A stretch of 55,602 nucleotides of DNA, filler included, from Nanobdellati archaeon (lineage in GTDB: Archaea; Nanobdellota; Nanobdellia; Woesearchaeales; JAADFO01): NCBI GenBank assembly GCA_013152815.1. It is 3 parts of 3 records of this genome, joined end to end, with 100 filler letters (N's around TTAATTAATTAA, not from the genome) between each part and the next. Parts side by side here need not be neighbours in the genome. Positions count along the whole stretch, not along the records: positions 34,121 to 55,602 come from JAADFO010000073.1; 2 more parts are not named here. One strand, given 5' to 3'. Within the stretch, counting starts at the first letter, position 1, and every line of letters starts with the position of its first letter. Shown in pieces: positions 47,918 to 55,602 of the stretch. The translations under genes were made by a program, and so were the position numbers. The notes beneath the pieces are model-generated. The model ran no database searches. It was not told where the DNA came from and saw only the letters and a list, made by a program, of their open reading frames with translations.

Positions 47918-48640
47918 ATGGTCGCATTGAAGATGAAGCGGATCAAGGACATCTTTGTCCAGAAGAAGCGGAGGCTGCCTCTCCATATCGGCTATAACTG
48001 CACAGCCTTCAGAAGAAGGGCGCTCGCCCTCGATGATCCCGGAGAACGCAGCTCCTTCATCAGAAGCTATCTCCAGCAGATAGAAGAGGTCCATGCTTCC
48101 TGTGTGGCGAAGGATGTGCCCATCCTGAGCTTTCTCCTGCTGCGGCCGACCAAGAATGCCCTGGACGAACCCATGGTGCAGTCCCTGACCGCATTCTTCG
48201 AGCGCCTTGCGGTCTCTTCGTCCATCGCCGAGCACCAGGTGAAGATATCGGTGCTGGGCAAATGGTATGACCTGCCGTCAAAGCTTGTCGATGCCATCAA
48301 GCTCATGCTCGAGGAGACCAAAGGTTTTGACCGGCATTTCCTCAACTTCTGCCTCTTCTATGATGGTCAGGATGAGCTTGTCGACGGGATGCACCTGCTC
48401 CTGACCAAGATCCGGCATGAACGCATCGAGCCCGAAGTGGACTATGCTTCCATCAAGGAACATCTCTCCAGTTCCTACTTCCTCCCTCCCGACCTGTTCA
48501 TCATACCGGATGACCGGAGAAGGACCGACGGACTGTTCCTCTGGGACTCCAAGAACACGCTCCTCTTCCTCGATGAACGTCCTTTCGAAGCGGGCAAAGC
48601 AGCCCTGGAAGATGCCCTGGCAATGTTCCAGAAAAGATGA
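47918..48640 (+). CDS. cis-prenyltransferase (UppS)-like protein, catalytic motifs degenerate
   Basis: LPLHIG, KISVLGKWYDLP, LNFCLFYDGQDEL, PPDL, FLWDS fold motifs. Confidence 0.75.
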   Translation: MVALKMKRIKDIFVQKKRRLPLHIGYNCTAFRRRALALDDPGERSSFIRSYLQQIEEVHASCVAKDVPILSFLLLRPTKNALDEPMVQSLTAFFERLAVSSSIAEHQVKISVLGKWYDLPSKLVDAIKLMLEETKGFDRHFLNFCLFYDGQDELVDGMHLLLTKIRHERIEPEVDYASIKEHLSSSYFLPPDLFIIPDDRRRTDGLFLWDSKNTLLFLDERPFEAGKAALEDALAMFQKR

Positions 48641-48681
48641 AGTGAAAAGTTGAAGTGAAAAGTTGAAGTGAAAAGATGAAG
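48638..48681. repeat. 13-bp tandem repeat x3
   Basis: TGAAGTGAAAAG(T/A) three times, starting at the stop codon. Confidence 0.9.
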
Positions 48682-48692
48682 AGAACAGCACG

Positions 48693-49163
48693 ATGAAAAA
48701 GATCATGGTCTTCGGCTCCTTCGACCATCTCCATCCCGGCCATATCAATTTCTTCCGACAGGCGAAGGAGCATGGCACCTATCTCTTGGTGGCCGTTGCC
48801 CGGGATGCGACCATCAAACAGATAAAGGGCAGGCTTCCGGTCTTCACCGAAGATGAACGGATGCAGCATCTCATGGCCATCCCGGATGTGGATGAGGTCG
48901 TCCTCGGCTATCCTGACGACAAGTTCAAGGTCATCGAGGAGAACAGGCCCGACATCATCTGCCTCGGACATGACCAGCATGTCTTCGCCGACCGTCTTCC
49001 CGAAGAGTTGCGACGACGAGGATTAGACATCCCAGTGGTGCGGCTCAAGGCCTACCGACGAGACATCTATCAGAGCAGTCATTTTCGGAAGAACTCCTGG
49101 GATCTGAACAGCCCGGAGGATCTGAATAGAAAGCATGATGCCCTGAAGCGAACAATCAAATGA
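48693..49163 (+). CDS. ribL: archaeal FAD synthase (cytidyltransferase-like)
   Basis: FGSFDHLHPGH, VAVARD, PDIICLGHDQ. Confidence 0.85.
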   Translation: MKKIMVFGSFDHLHPGHINFFRQAKEHGTYLLVAVARDATIKQIKGRLPVFTEDERMQHLMAIPDVDEVVLGYPDDKFKVIEENRPDIICLGHDQHVFADRLPEELRRRGLDIPVVRLKAYRRDIYQSSHFRKNSWDLNSPEDLNRKHDALKRTIK

Positions 49164-49191
49164 GAATATAAAAATCAAACGAGAATATCGA

Positions 49192-49755
49192 ATGGAAAGC
49201 ACATCACCTTCCCCCGGGTCGTCTGCGGCGGACACGCCCCGCAGGACCGCACTTTTCATCGGTCGGTTCCAGCCGTTCCATCTTGGTCATCTGGAGATCG
49301 TCCGGGAAGCTCTCGCATCCCATGACCATCTTTTTCTCATCATCGGGTCGGCCCAGGCAAAGGACGAGGACATCAACCCCTATGCTCTTGAAGAACGCAA
49401 GGCGATGATACAGACGGTCCTTGAGCATGAAGGCATCTCTCCGAAGGTGACGATCATCGGTGTGGAAGACATCCACAATGACCAGGAATGGGTGCGGCAT
49501 GTACTCAAGCATACACCGAAGATCAGCACGGTCTTCGCAGGCCAGAATCGGCTGACAAAACGGTTGTTTTCAGAAGCAGGATTTCCTGTCGTGGTGAGCC
49601 CACTGTTCCGGAACATCACAGCCACCGAGGTGCGGAGGCGGATGCTGCAGGGCATGCGATGGCATCACCTGGTCCCTGAAGACATCGTCACCTTTCTCGA
49701 GAAACGAGCATCTGGAAAAGGTCCTGCCGCAGAAAAAAGTGCAAGACGTGCATGA
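49192..49755 (+). CDS. nadM: nicotinamide-nucleotide adenylyltransferase
   Basis: FIGRFQPFHLGH, IGSAQ, NPY..EER, ITATEVR, W..LVP. Confidence 0.9.
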   Translation: MESTSPSPGSSAADTPRRTALFIGRFQPFHLGHLEIVREALASHDHLFLIIGSAQAKDEDINPYALEERKAMIQTVLEHEGISPKVTIIGVEDIHNDQEWVRHVLKHTPKISTVFAGQNRLTKRLFSEAGFPVVVSPLFRNITATEVRRRMLQGMRWHHLVPEDIVTFLEKRASGKGPAAEKSARRA

Positions 49756-49781
49756 GCACAAGACGCGCCGCGCGACAAGCA

Positions 49782-50903
49782 CTAGAGCTTCTCCTTCAGC
49801 CTCTCGAAGAATCCTTTGTTCGGCTTGAGCCTGTCTCCTGATATCCTGGCGAACTCGCGCAGGGCATCCTTCTGTTTTTGGGTGAGCTTCTCAGGCGTGT
49901 GGATGATGGTCCTCACCATCTCATCCCCTCTGCCGTACCCTTCCATGGCAGGCATGCCCTTGCCCTTCATCTTGAAGAGAGTATGGGTCTGGGTCCCGGC
50001 AGGTATCTTGAGCTTTGCCTTCCCTTCGATGGTCGGAACTTCAATCTCATCTCCCAATGCGGCCTGTATGAAGGTGATGGGGACATCGATGAACAGGTTG
50101 TTTCCCTGGCGCTCAAAGATCTCGTGCTGGAGCACGAAGATGTTCACATAGAGGTCGCCTGGCGGGCCTCCTCGTATCCCTGCCTCTCCCATCCCCGCTA
50201 TCCTGAGCCGTGTCCTGTTCTCTATACCGGCAGGGACGATGATCTCCAGGTCCTTCATCTCCTGGATGATGCCTGTCTCGTTGCATGTCTTGCAGGGTTT
50301 TTCGGCTATCTCTCCTTCGCCTCCGCATCGTGGGCAGGTCGTCTGGGTCTGCATGATGCCGAAGGGCGTTCGCCGCTGCTGTCTCACGACGCCTGCTCCG
50401 TTGCATTGAGAACAGGTCGTGAAGTCAAGGCCGCCTTTCCCTCCGCAGTCCGGGCAGACGACGCTCCGCGGGATCTTCACTTTCCGGGTCAGGCCGTGAT
50501 ACGCCTCTTCCAGAGTGATCTCCATGTCAAAGGTCAGATCCGCTCCCCTCGTCTGCCGGGAAGAGCGTCTGCGATGGAAGCCAGAGAATCCTGATCCGAA
50601 GAACTGGTCGAAGATGTTCTCGAAGTCGAATTCGAAGCCTCCGCCCATGTTGGAGAAGTCGAATCCTGAGAATCCGCCCATGTTCTCTGCCGTGGAGCCG
50701 AACCTGTCGTACTGCTCCCGCTTGCTGTCGTCGCCCAGGACAGAGGCTGCCTCGTTGATGTCCTTGAACTTCTCCTGTGAATCAGCTTCCTTGTTGATGT
50801 CAGGATGATACTTCTTGGCGAGCTTCTTATAGGCTTTCTTGATCTCTTCCTTCGTGGCGCCGCGGTCGACGCCAAGGACCTTGTAGTAGTCTTTCTTTGT
50901 CAT
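49782..50903 (-). CDS. dnaJ: chaperone DnaJ
   Basis: J-domain HPD, G/F region, CxxCxGxG zinc repeats. Confidence 0.97.
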   Translation of the reverse strand: MTKKDYYKVLGVDRGATKEEIKKAYKKLAKKYHPDINKEADSQEKFKDINEAASVLGDDSKREQYDRFGSTAENMGGFSGFDFSNMGGGFEFDFENIFDQFFGSGFSGFHRRRSSRQTRGADLTFDMEITLEEAYHGLTRKVKIPRSVVCPDCGGKGGLDFTTCSQCNGAGVVRQQRRTPFGIMQTQTTCPRCGGEGEIAEKPCKTCNETGIIQEMKDLEIIVPAGIENRTRLRIAGMGEAGIRGGPPGDLYVNIFVLQHEIFERQGNNLFIDVPITFIQAALGDEIEVPTIEGKAKLKIPAGTQTHTLFKMKGKGMPAMEGYGRGDEMVRTIIHTPEKLTQKQKDALREFARISGDRLKPNKGFFERLKEKL

Positions 50904-50970
50904 CGTCGTTCATTATCATGGAAAACAGGGGTAAACATGTGGTAAAAAAAGAAAAAATCACAGGGAATAT

Positions 50971-52887
50971 TTAATTCTTCCCTGTCTTTGCTTTCTTATC
51001 ATCTTCTGCCTTGTCAGCCGACGTCGCATCATCTTCCTTGAATTCGGCGTCGACGACCTTCTCCTTCTTGCCGTCGGTCTCTGTGCCTGCACCGGCCTTC
51101 GCCTGCTGTGCCTGCTGCTTCTGGGCCTCGGCGGCCGCCTTCTGGTACATCTCGGTCGACAGGGCCTGGACCTTCTCGTTGGCCTCCTTGACCTTCGCCT
51201 TGATGGCCTCGAGATCCTTCTTCTCAGGCTCCAGGAGCTTCTTCAGCTCTTCGATGAGCTTCTTGGTCTCATCGATCCTGGCCTGGTCCACCTTGCCCTC
51301 CATGTCCTTGAAGACCTTCTGGACGGAATACACCAGGGTGTCTGCCTCGTTGACGGTCTCGACCTCCTCCTTGCGCTTCTTGTCCTCTGCGGCATGGGCT
51401 TCGGCCTCCTTCCTCATGCGCTCAACCTCCTCTTCAGAGAGCTTGTTCGGTGCCGTTATCTTGATGCTCTGCTCTTTGGAGGTGCCCATGTCCTTGGCCT
51501 TCACCTGGAGGATGCCGTTCGCGTCGATGTCGAAGGTCACCTCGATCTGGGGCACGCCCCTCGGAGCAGGCGGAATGCCCACCAGATCGAACTGACCCAG
51601 GATCTTGTTGTCTGCGAACATCGGCCGCTCTCCCTGGGCAACGCGGATGGTGACCGCAGGCTGGTTGTCCGCAGCGGTGGAGAAGATCTGCGACTTCTTG
51701 ACCGGGATGGTGGTGTTCCTCTCGATGAGCTTCGTGAACACGCCTCCCAGGGTCTCGATGCCCATGCTCAACGGCGTGACATCGAGCAGCAGGACATCCT
51801 TGACGTCTCCGGAGAGCACGCCTCCCTGGATGGCCGCTCCTATGGCGACGCATTCCATGGGGTCGATGCCGCGTTCCACCTTCTTCCCCAGGAGGTTTTC
51901 GACAAATTTCTGTACGATGGGCATCCTGGTGGGGCCTCCGACGAGGACGATCTTGTCGATATCCTCCTTCTTCAGCTTGGCATCCTTGAGCGTCTGCTCG
52001 ACGCTGTGCTTGGTCTTCTCGACGATGGGGGTCACCAGCTCCTCGAGCGTCGACCGCTTGAGTTTCATCTGGAGATGCTTGGGACCGTTCTGGTCGGCGG
52101 TGAGATAGGGCAGGCTGATGTCTGTCTCCAGCACGGTGGAGAGCTCGATCTTCGCCTTCTCTGCCGCTTCACGGAGGCGCTGTATTGCTGTGGGATCGTT
52201 GCTCACATCGACGCCGGTCTCTTTCTTGAAGGCCTCCTTGAGATGCTCGACGAGGACATTGTCCATGTCCGTGCCTCCCAGGCTGGTGTCCCCTGAGGTC
52301 GACTTGACCTCAAAGACACCATCACCAAACTCCATGATGGTGACATCAAGGGTACCGCCTCCGAAATCGTAGACCATGATCCGGAAGTCCTTTCCGCTCT
52401 TGTCCAGGCCGTAGGCGAGCGAGGCCGCTGTCGGCTCATTGATGATCCTGACCACATCGAGGCCTGCGATGGATCCTGCATCCTTGGTGGCCTGCCGCTG
52501 ATTGTCGTCAAAATAGGCAGGGACAGTGATGACTGCCTTCTCGACCTTCTCGCCGAGGAATTCCTCGGCGTCCTTCTTGATCTTCTGGAGGATGAACGCC
52601 GAAATCTGCTGAGGGGTGTACTCCTTTCCGTTGACCTTGTACTTGTAGGACGTTCCCATCTTACGCTTCGCGGCGGTGATGGTGTTCTCTGCGTTGGTGG
52701 CTGCCTGGCGTTTCGCAGGCTCTCCGACCAGCATCTGCCCTCCTTTGGTGAAGGCCACGATGCTCGGGAAGGCCTTTCCATATACCGATGCCCCTTCTGA
52801 ACTGGGGATAATCTTCGGCCTTCCTGCCTCGAGGAATGCCGCTGCCGAATTGCTCGTCCCTAAATCGATACCTATGATTCGTGTCAT
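50971..52887 (-). CDS. dnaK: chaperone DnaK/Hsp70
   Basis: [59 protein letters not shown] before ATG 52887. Confidence 0.98.
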   Translation of the reverse strand: MTRIIGIDLGTSNSAAAFLEAGRPKIIPSSEGASVYGKAFPSIVAFTKGGQMLVGEPAKRQAATNAENTITAAKRKMGTSYKYKVNGKEYTPQQISAFILQKIKKDAEEFLGEKVEKAVITVPAYFDDNQRQATKDAGSIAGLDVVRIINEPTAASLAYGLDKSGKDFRIMVYDFGGGTLDVTIMEFGDGVFEVKSTSGDTSLGGTDMDNVLVEHLKEAFKKETGVDVSNDPTAIQRLREAAEKAKIELSTVLETDISLPYLTADQNGPKHLQMKLKRSTLEELVTPIVEKTKHSVEQTLKDAKLKKEDIDKIVLVGGPTRMPIVQKFVENLLGKKVERGIDPMECVAIGAAIQGGVLSGDVKDVLLLDVTPLSMGIETLGGVFTKLIERNTTIPVKKSQIFSTAADNQPAVTIRVAQGERPMFADNKILGQFDLVGIPPAPRGVPQIEVTFDIDANGILQVKAKDMGTSKEQSIKITAPNKLSEEEVERMRKEAEAHAAEDKKRKEEVETVNEADTLVYSVQKVFKDMEGKVDQARIDETKKLIEELKKLLEPEKKDLEAIKAKVKEANEKVQALSTEMYQKAAAEAQKQQAQQAKAGAGTETDGKKEKVVDAEFKEDDATSADKAEDDKKAKTGKN

Positions 52888-52888
52888 T

Positions 52889-53488
52889 TCAATTACCTCC
52901 TCCTGTGTTTTTTCCTGTATCCTGTTTATCTTGGGTGTCTTGTGTTCCTTTTCCTTTCTGTCCTGTTTCATCCTCGGTTTGCGCTTTCTGTTCATCGGGT
53001 TCTTTGCCGACCTTGACCTTGGCATGTCTCAACACCTGGTCGCCAAGCATGTACCCTTTCTGGAACTCTTCAAGGATGATGTTGTCCTTGCCGCTACGTT
53101 CCTCTACCAGCAGCGCTTCATGATAATGTGAATCAAAAGCTCTTCCTACAGTCTCCATGGGCCGGACACCCATCTCCTGCATGGTCTTTTCAGCGGTCTC
53201 TGCCAGCGGCTTTATGGCTGCGACGGCCTTTGGGTCGTGGACGTGCCGCAACGCTCCATCAAAAGCGTCAAGCAGCACAAGCATACGTCTCAGCACATCT
53301 GCCCTGACGTGGGCCGACATGAGCGCCTTCTCTTTGTCCACACGTTTCTGGAAGTTTTCATACTGTGCCTGGAGTCGCTGCGAGGTCTCTGTGAGGTCAG
53401 CAATCCTGTCTGTCTCATCCTGTCCCTTGCGTTTCGATCCATCATGAGGTCTTCTCTTCTCTTTGTGTTCCTTGCTTTCCTTTGTCAT
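52889..53488 (-). CDS. grpE: nucleotide exchange factor GrpE
   Basis: [26 protein letters not shown]...LRHAKVKV. Confidence 0.95.
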   Translation of the reverse strand: MTKESKEHKEKRRPHDGSKRKGQDETDRIADLTETSQRLQAQYENFQKRVDKEKALMSAHVRADVLRRMLVLLDAFDGALRHVHDPKAVAAIKPLAETAEKTMQEMGVRPMETVGRAFDSHYHEALLVEERSGKDNIILEEFQKGYMLGDQVLRHAKVKVGKEPDEQKAQTEDETGQKGKGTQDTQDKQDTGKNTGGGN

Positions 53489-53618
53489 GTTCTTTCCCGA
53501 CGTTCTTTCGAATACTGTTCGTCGACTTTAAGTCAACTGAAACTACTTGAAGTTAACACAAGTATATAAATCTTTCGGAAAAAGTATTTAAATGAGCAGA
53601 TCATGCTATTATCTGGTC

Positions 53619-54023
53619 ATGATCATCGACAAGAAGATAACCATCATCAGGATACGTAAACCAGTAAGGCCTGACATCAACGAGCGTCTGCACTGGTTCG
53701 GTTCTTCCCTGGGTCTGTTCAGCATGCGAGACCGGGACAAGAGCTGTTTCCGTCTCTTTATCGAGCTCCTGAAAGCAGCCAAGCTCAAAGTGCCGATGTC
53801 CAGCGATGACATAGCGCGGCATCTGGGGCTCAGCAGAGGGACGGTCGTCCATCATCTCAATAAGCTGATAGAGTCCGGCATCGTCGTCCATCACCAGAAC
53901 CATTACCTTCTCCGGGTCGACAGCCTCAAGCATCTGGTCAACGAGCTCCGCAGGGATTTTGAACGTGACCTCTCTGATCTCGAAGCCATGGCCGAGGAGA
54001 TCGACAAATATATGACTCTCTGA
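53619..54023 (+). CDS. ArsR-like winged-HTH regulator divergent from grpE-dnaK-dnaJ
   Basis: MSSDDIARHLGLSRGTVVHHLNKLIESGIV. Confidence 0.85.
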   Translation: MIIDKKITIIRIRKPVRPDINERLHWFGSSLGLFSMRDRDKSCFRLFIELLKAAKLKVPMSSDDIARHLGLSRGTVVHHLNKLIESGIVVHHQNHYLLRVDSLKHLVNELRRDFERDLSDLEAMAEEIDKYMTL

Positions 54024-54250
54024 AGCATATGGCTCTCTGAAGCATAGGTGCTCTTTGAAGCCCTGGCAAATCCGGGTAGAAGAGGGGGGGGTTCTCATCC
54101 CGATATCGACAGGGACATCGGATGCTCCCTGATATCAGAAGGCATGAAAGGCATGCCTGAATCAATGATGTTTTTTCTTCATTCTTCAATCGTAAACTAT
54201 TTAAATGATGCTGCCTGAGAATCTATACGGTGGTAGATTTGTCAAAAGTG

Positions 54251-55602
54251 ATGACTCGACTGGTATTTCTCGGAATCATATTCATGATGGCTTTGCCTTC
54301 TGCCCTTTCCCTTGCGGGGATATCAGCCGATGTCTCGGCCATCAAGAACATCATCACCAAGGATCAGCTCGCTATCTTCAATCTGACGCTCACCAACGAT
54401 ATGCCCATCATCGATGACATAGAGATATACTCCCCGGACAATCTTGCCTGGGACATCTATACTGTTCCCCGATCCGACTACCGTGTCAATGTCTTTCCAG
54501 AGACCACACGGAATGTCCTGCTCTACATCAAGCCTCTCTATGTCTCTTCTGGCATCTATGACCTGCGCTTGGACATAACTTCCCATCGCACGAAACAGAA
54601 AATCCGGGCAAACCTCCCTGTCGAAGTCAAGCCCGACAGCACTGCCGTCAAAGAATACACTCCTTTCATCACCGCCTCCATCAACATACCCGAAGAGGTG
54701 GATCCACGGGAACCCCTGCGGTTCAGCCTCACATTGCGGAACATCGTGCCCATCTGGATGAACAACGTGAGGATCCGGCTGAAGGGAAGCCTCATCGACC
54801 AGAGCTATACGACAACCCTGGGCCCGAAGGAAGAGAAAGAGATAGAGTTCATAGCTCATCTGGATCCCTACCAGTCGCCCCGAAAGGACACGGTGGGCGG
54901 CGAGGTCATCTACCTGACCGAGAACAAGTCCTATCTCTTCGAGATACCCAAACAGGGCTATGCGGTGAAGGCCTACGCTGACTTCGAGGTCCTGGAAGAG
55001 AAGGTCTCGACATTCTATTCATCCAGGATCACCCTCAAGGTCACCAACAAGGGCAACATCAGGAAATCAGACGATGTCAAAAGCCCACAGGTCTTCATGG
55101 ACTGGCTCTTCGCCGGAACTGACAGGGAATGGACGACCAAGGTCAAGGACGGCGAGACTGTCCACTCCTGGGCGCTCTCTCTCGAACCCAACCAGACCAT
55201 CACCATCACCCTGACCCGGAACTACCTGCCTGTCTATCTCACCATCCTTGTCATAGGGCTCCTCATCTTCTTCTACTACCTTTTCAGGAGTCCCATCATC
55301 CTCGAGAAATCTGCCAAGAAACTCCTGACGTCGGAGGAGCATCTGCGCTCCTTGAAAGTGCGGATCTACATCAAGAACAGGACCAACAAGGTCCTCGAGG
55401 AAGTGAAGATCGTCGACCGCATCCCCCAGATGATCGAGGTCGACAAGGAGTTCCATATAGGGACCATCAAGCCTGACAAGATACTCAAACATACCGGACG
55501 GGCGACCAAGGTCATCTGGACCATCCCTGTCCTGGAGAGCCTGGAAGAGCGCATCATCACCTACCAGCTCACGTCAAAACTGGAGATCGTCGGCGGCCTC
55601 AC
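54251..55602 (+). CDS. secreted/membrane protein with Ig-like domains (3' partial, not in ORF track)
   Basis: Open frame MTRLVFLGIIFMMALPSALS... to the window end; TM helix YLPVYLTILVIGLLIFFYYLF near 55220-55285. Confidence 0.8.
   Translation, partial: MTRLVFLGIIFMMALPSALSLAGISADVSAIKNIITKDQLAIFNLTLTNDMPIIDDIEIYSPDNLAWDIYTVPRSDYRVNVFPETTRNVLLYIKPLYVSSGIYDLRLDITSHRTKQKIRANLPVEVKPDSTAVKEYTPFITASINIPEEVDPREPLRFSLTLRNIVPIWMNNVRIRLKGSLIDQSYTTTLGPKEEKEIEFIAHLDPYQSPRKDTVGGEVIYLTENKSYLFEIPKQGYAVKAYADFEVLEEKVSTFYSSRITLKVTNKGNIRKSDDVKSPQVFMDWLFAGTDREWTTKVKDGETVHSWALSLEPNQTITITLTRNYLPVYLTILVIGLLIFFYYLFRSPIILEKSAKKLLTSEEHLRSLKVRIYIKNRTNKVLEEVKIVDRIPQMIEVDKEFHIGTIKPDKILKHTGRATKVIWTIPVLESLEERIITYQLTSKLEIVGGL

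Noticed and set aside
48631..48681. Possible CRISPR array
   Set aside because: Contiguous 13-bp units with no spacers; no CRISPR array or cas gene seen anywhere in the window.
51394..52296. Long ORF antisense to dnaK
   Set aside because: Well-known shadow ORF caused by codon bias in hsp70 genes.
54102..54136. Isolated intergenic hairpin GATATC..CAGGGA..TCCCTGATATC
   Set aside because: Single modest stem with no other copy noticed; could be a terminator or chance.

Overview
Archaeal genomic DNA, most consistent with a Woesearchaeota-like DPANN archaeon. The basis is an archaeal 16S rRNA 5' part, eIF6/prefoldin/FtsY/TrmB/Trm1 genes, BRE-TATA promoters, intron-containing tRNAs and a tRNA-Ile(UAU); the exact lineage is an inference. 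The window is three contigs joined by artificial N-TTAATTAATTAA-N linkers (13998-14097, 34021-34120), so adjacency across those joins means nothing. Contig 1 has an MNT-HEPN TA pair, transaldolase, TrmB, acs, RNase J, a GGR-family oxidoreductase, carAB, a trio of coiled-coil genes and a partial tRNA-Leu. Contig 2 has the partial 16S rRNA, an unannotated eL41/eS32 gene, a PspC/LiaF/PRC-barrel/DedA cluster, an AT-rich RelBE islet, four tRNAs, gshA plus a glutaredoxin-like gene, scpA-eIF6-prs-pfdA-ftsY, EndoV, Nudix, DUF59, SWIM and a partial alaS. Contig 3 has surface proteins including a ~2630-aa adhesin, trm1, a MITE-like element, prepilin peptidase, a degenerate UppS, ribL, nadM and grpE-dnaK-dnaJ. 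The most unusual signal is a family of ~90-110 bp folded elements immediately 3' of tRNA-Glu, tRNA-Ile and tRNA-Val. Each is built from direct (and in some cases inverted) copies of that tRNA's own 3' end around a shared hairpin core, with AT-rich accessory genes just beyond at two loci. All calls come from reading the sequence; no searches were run.
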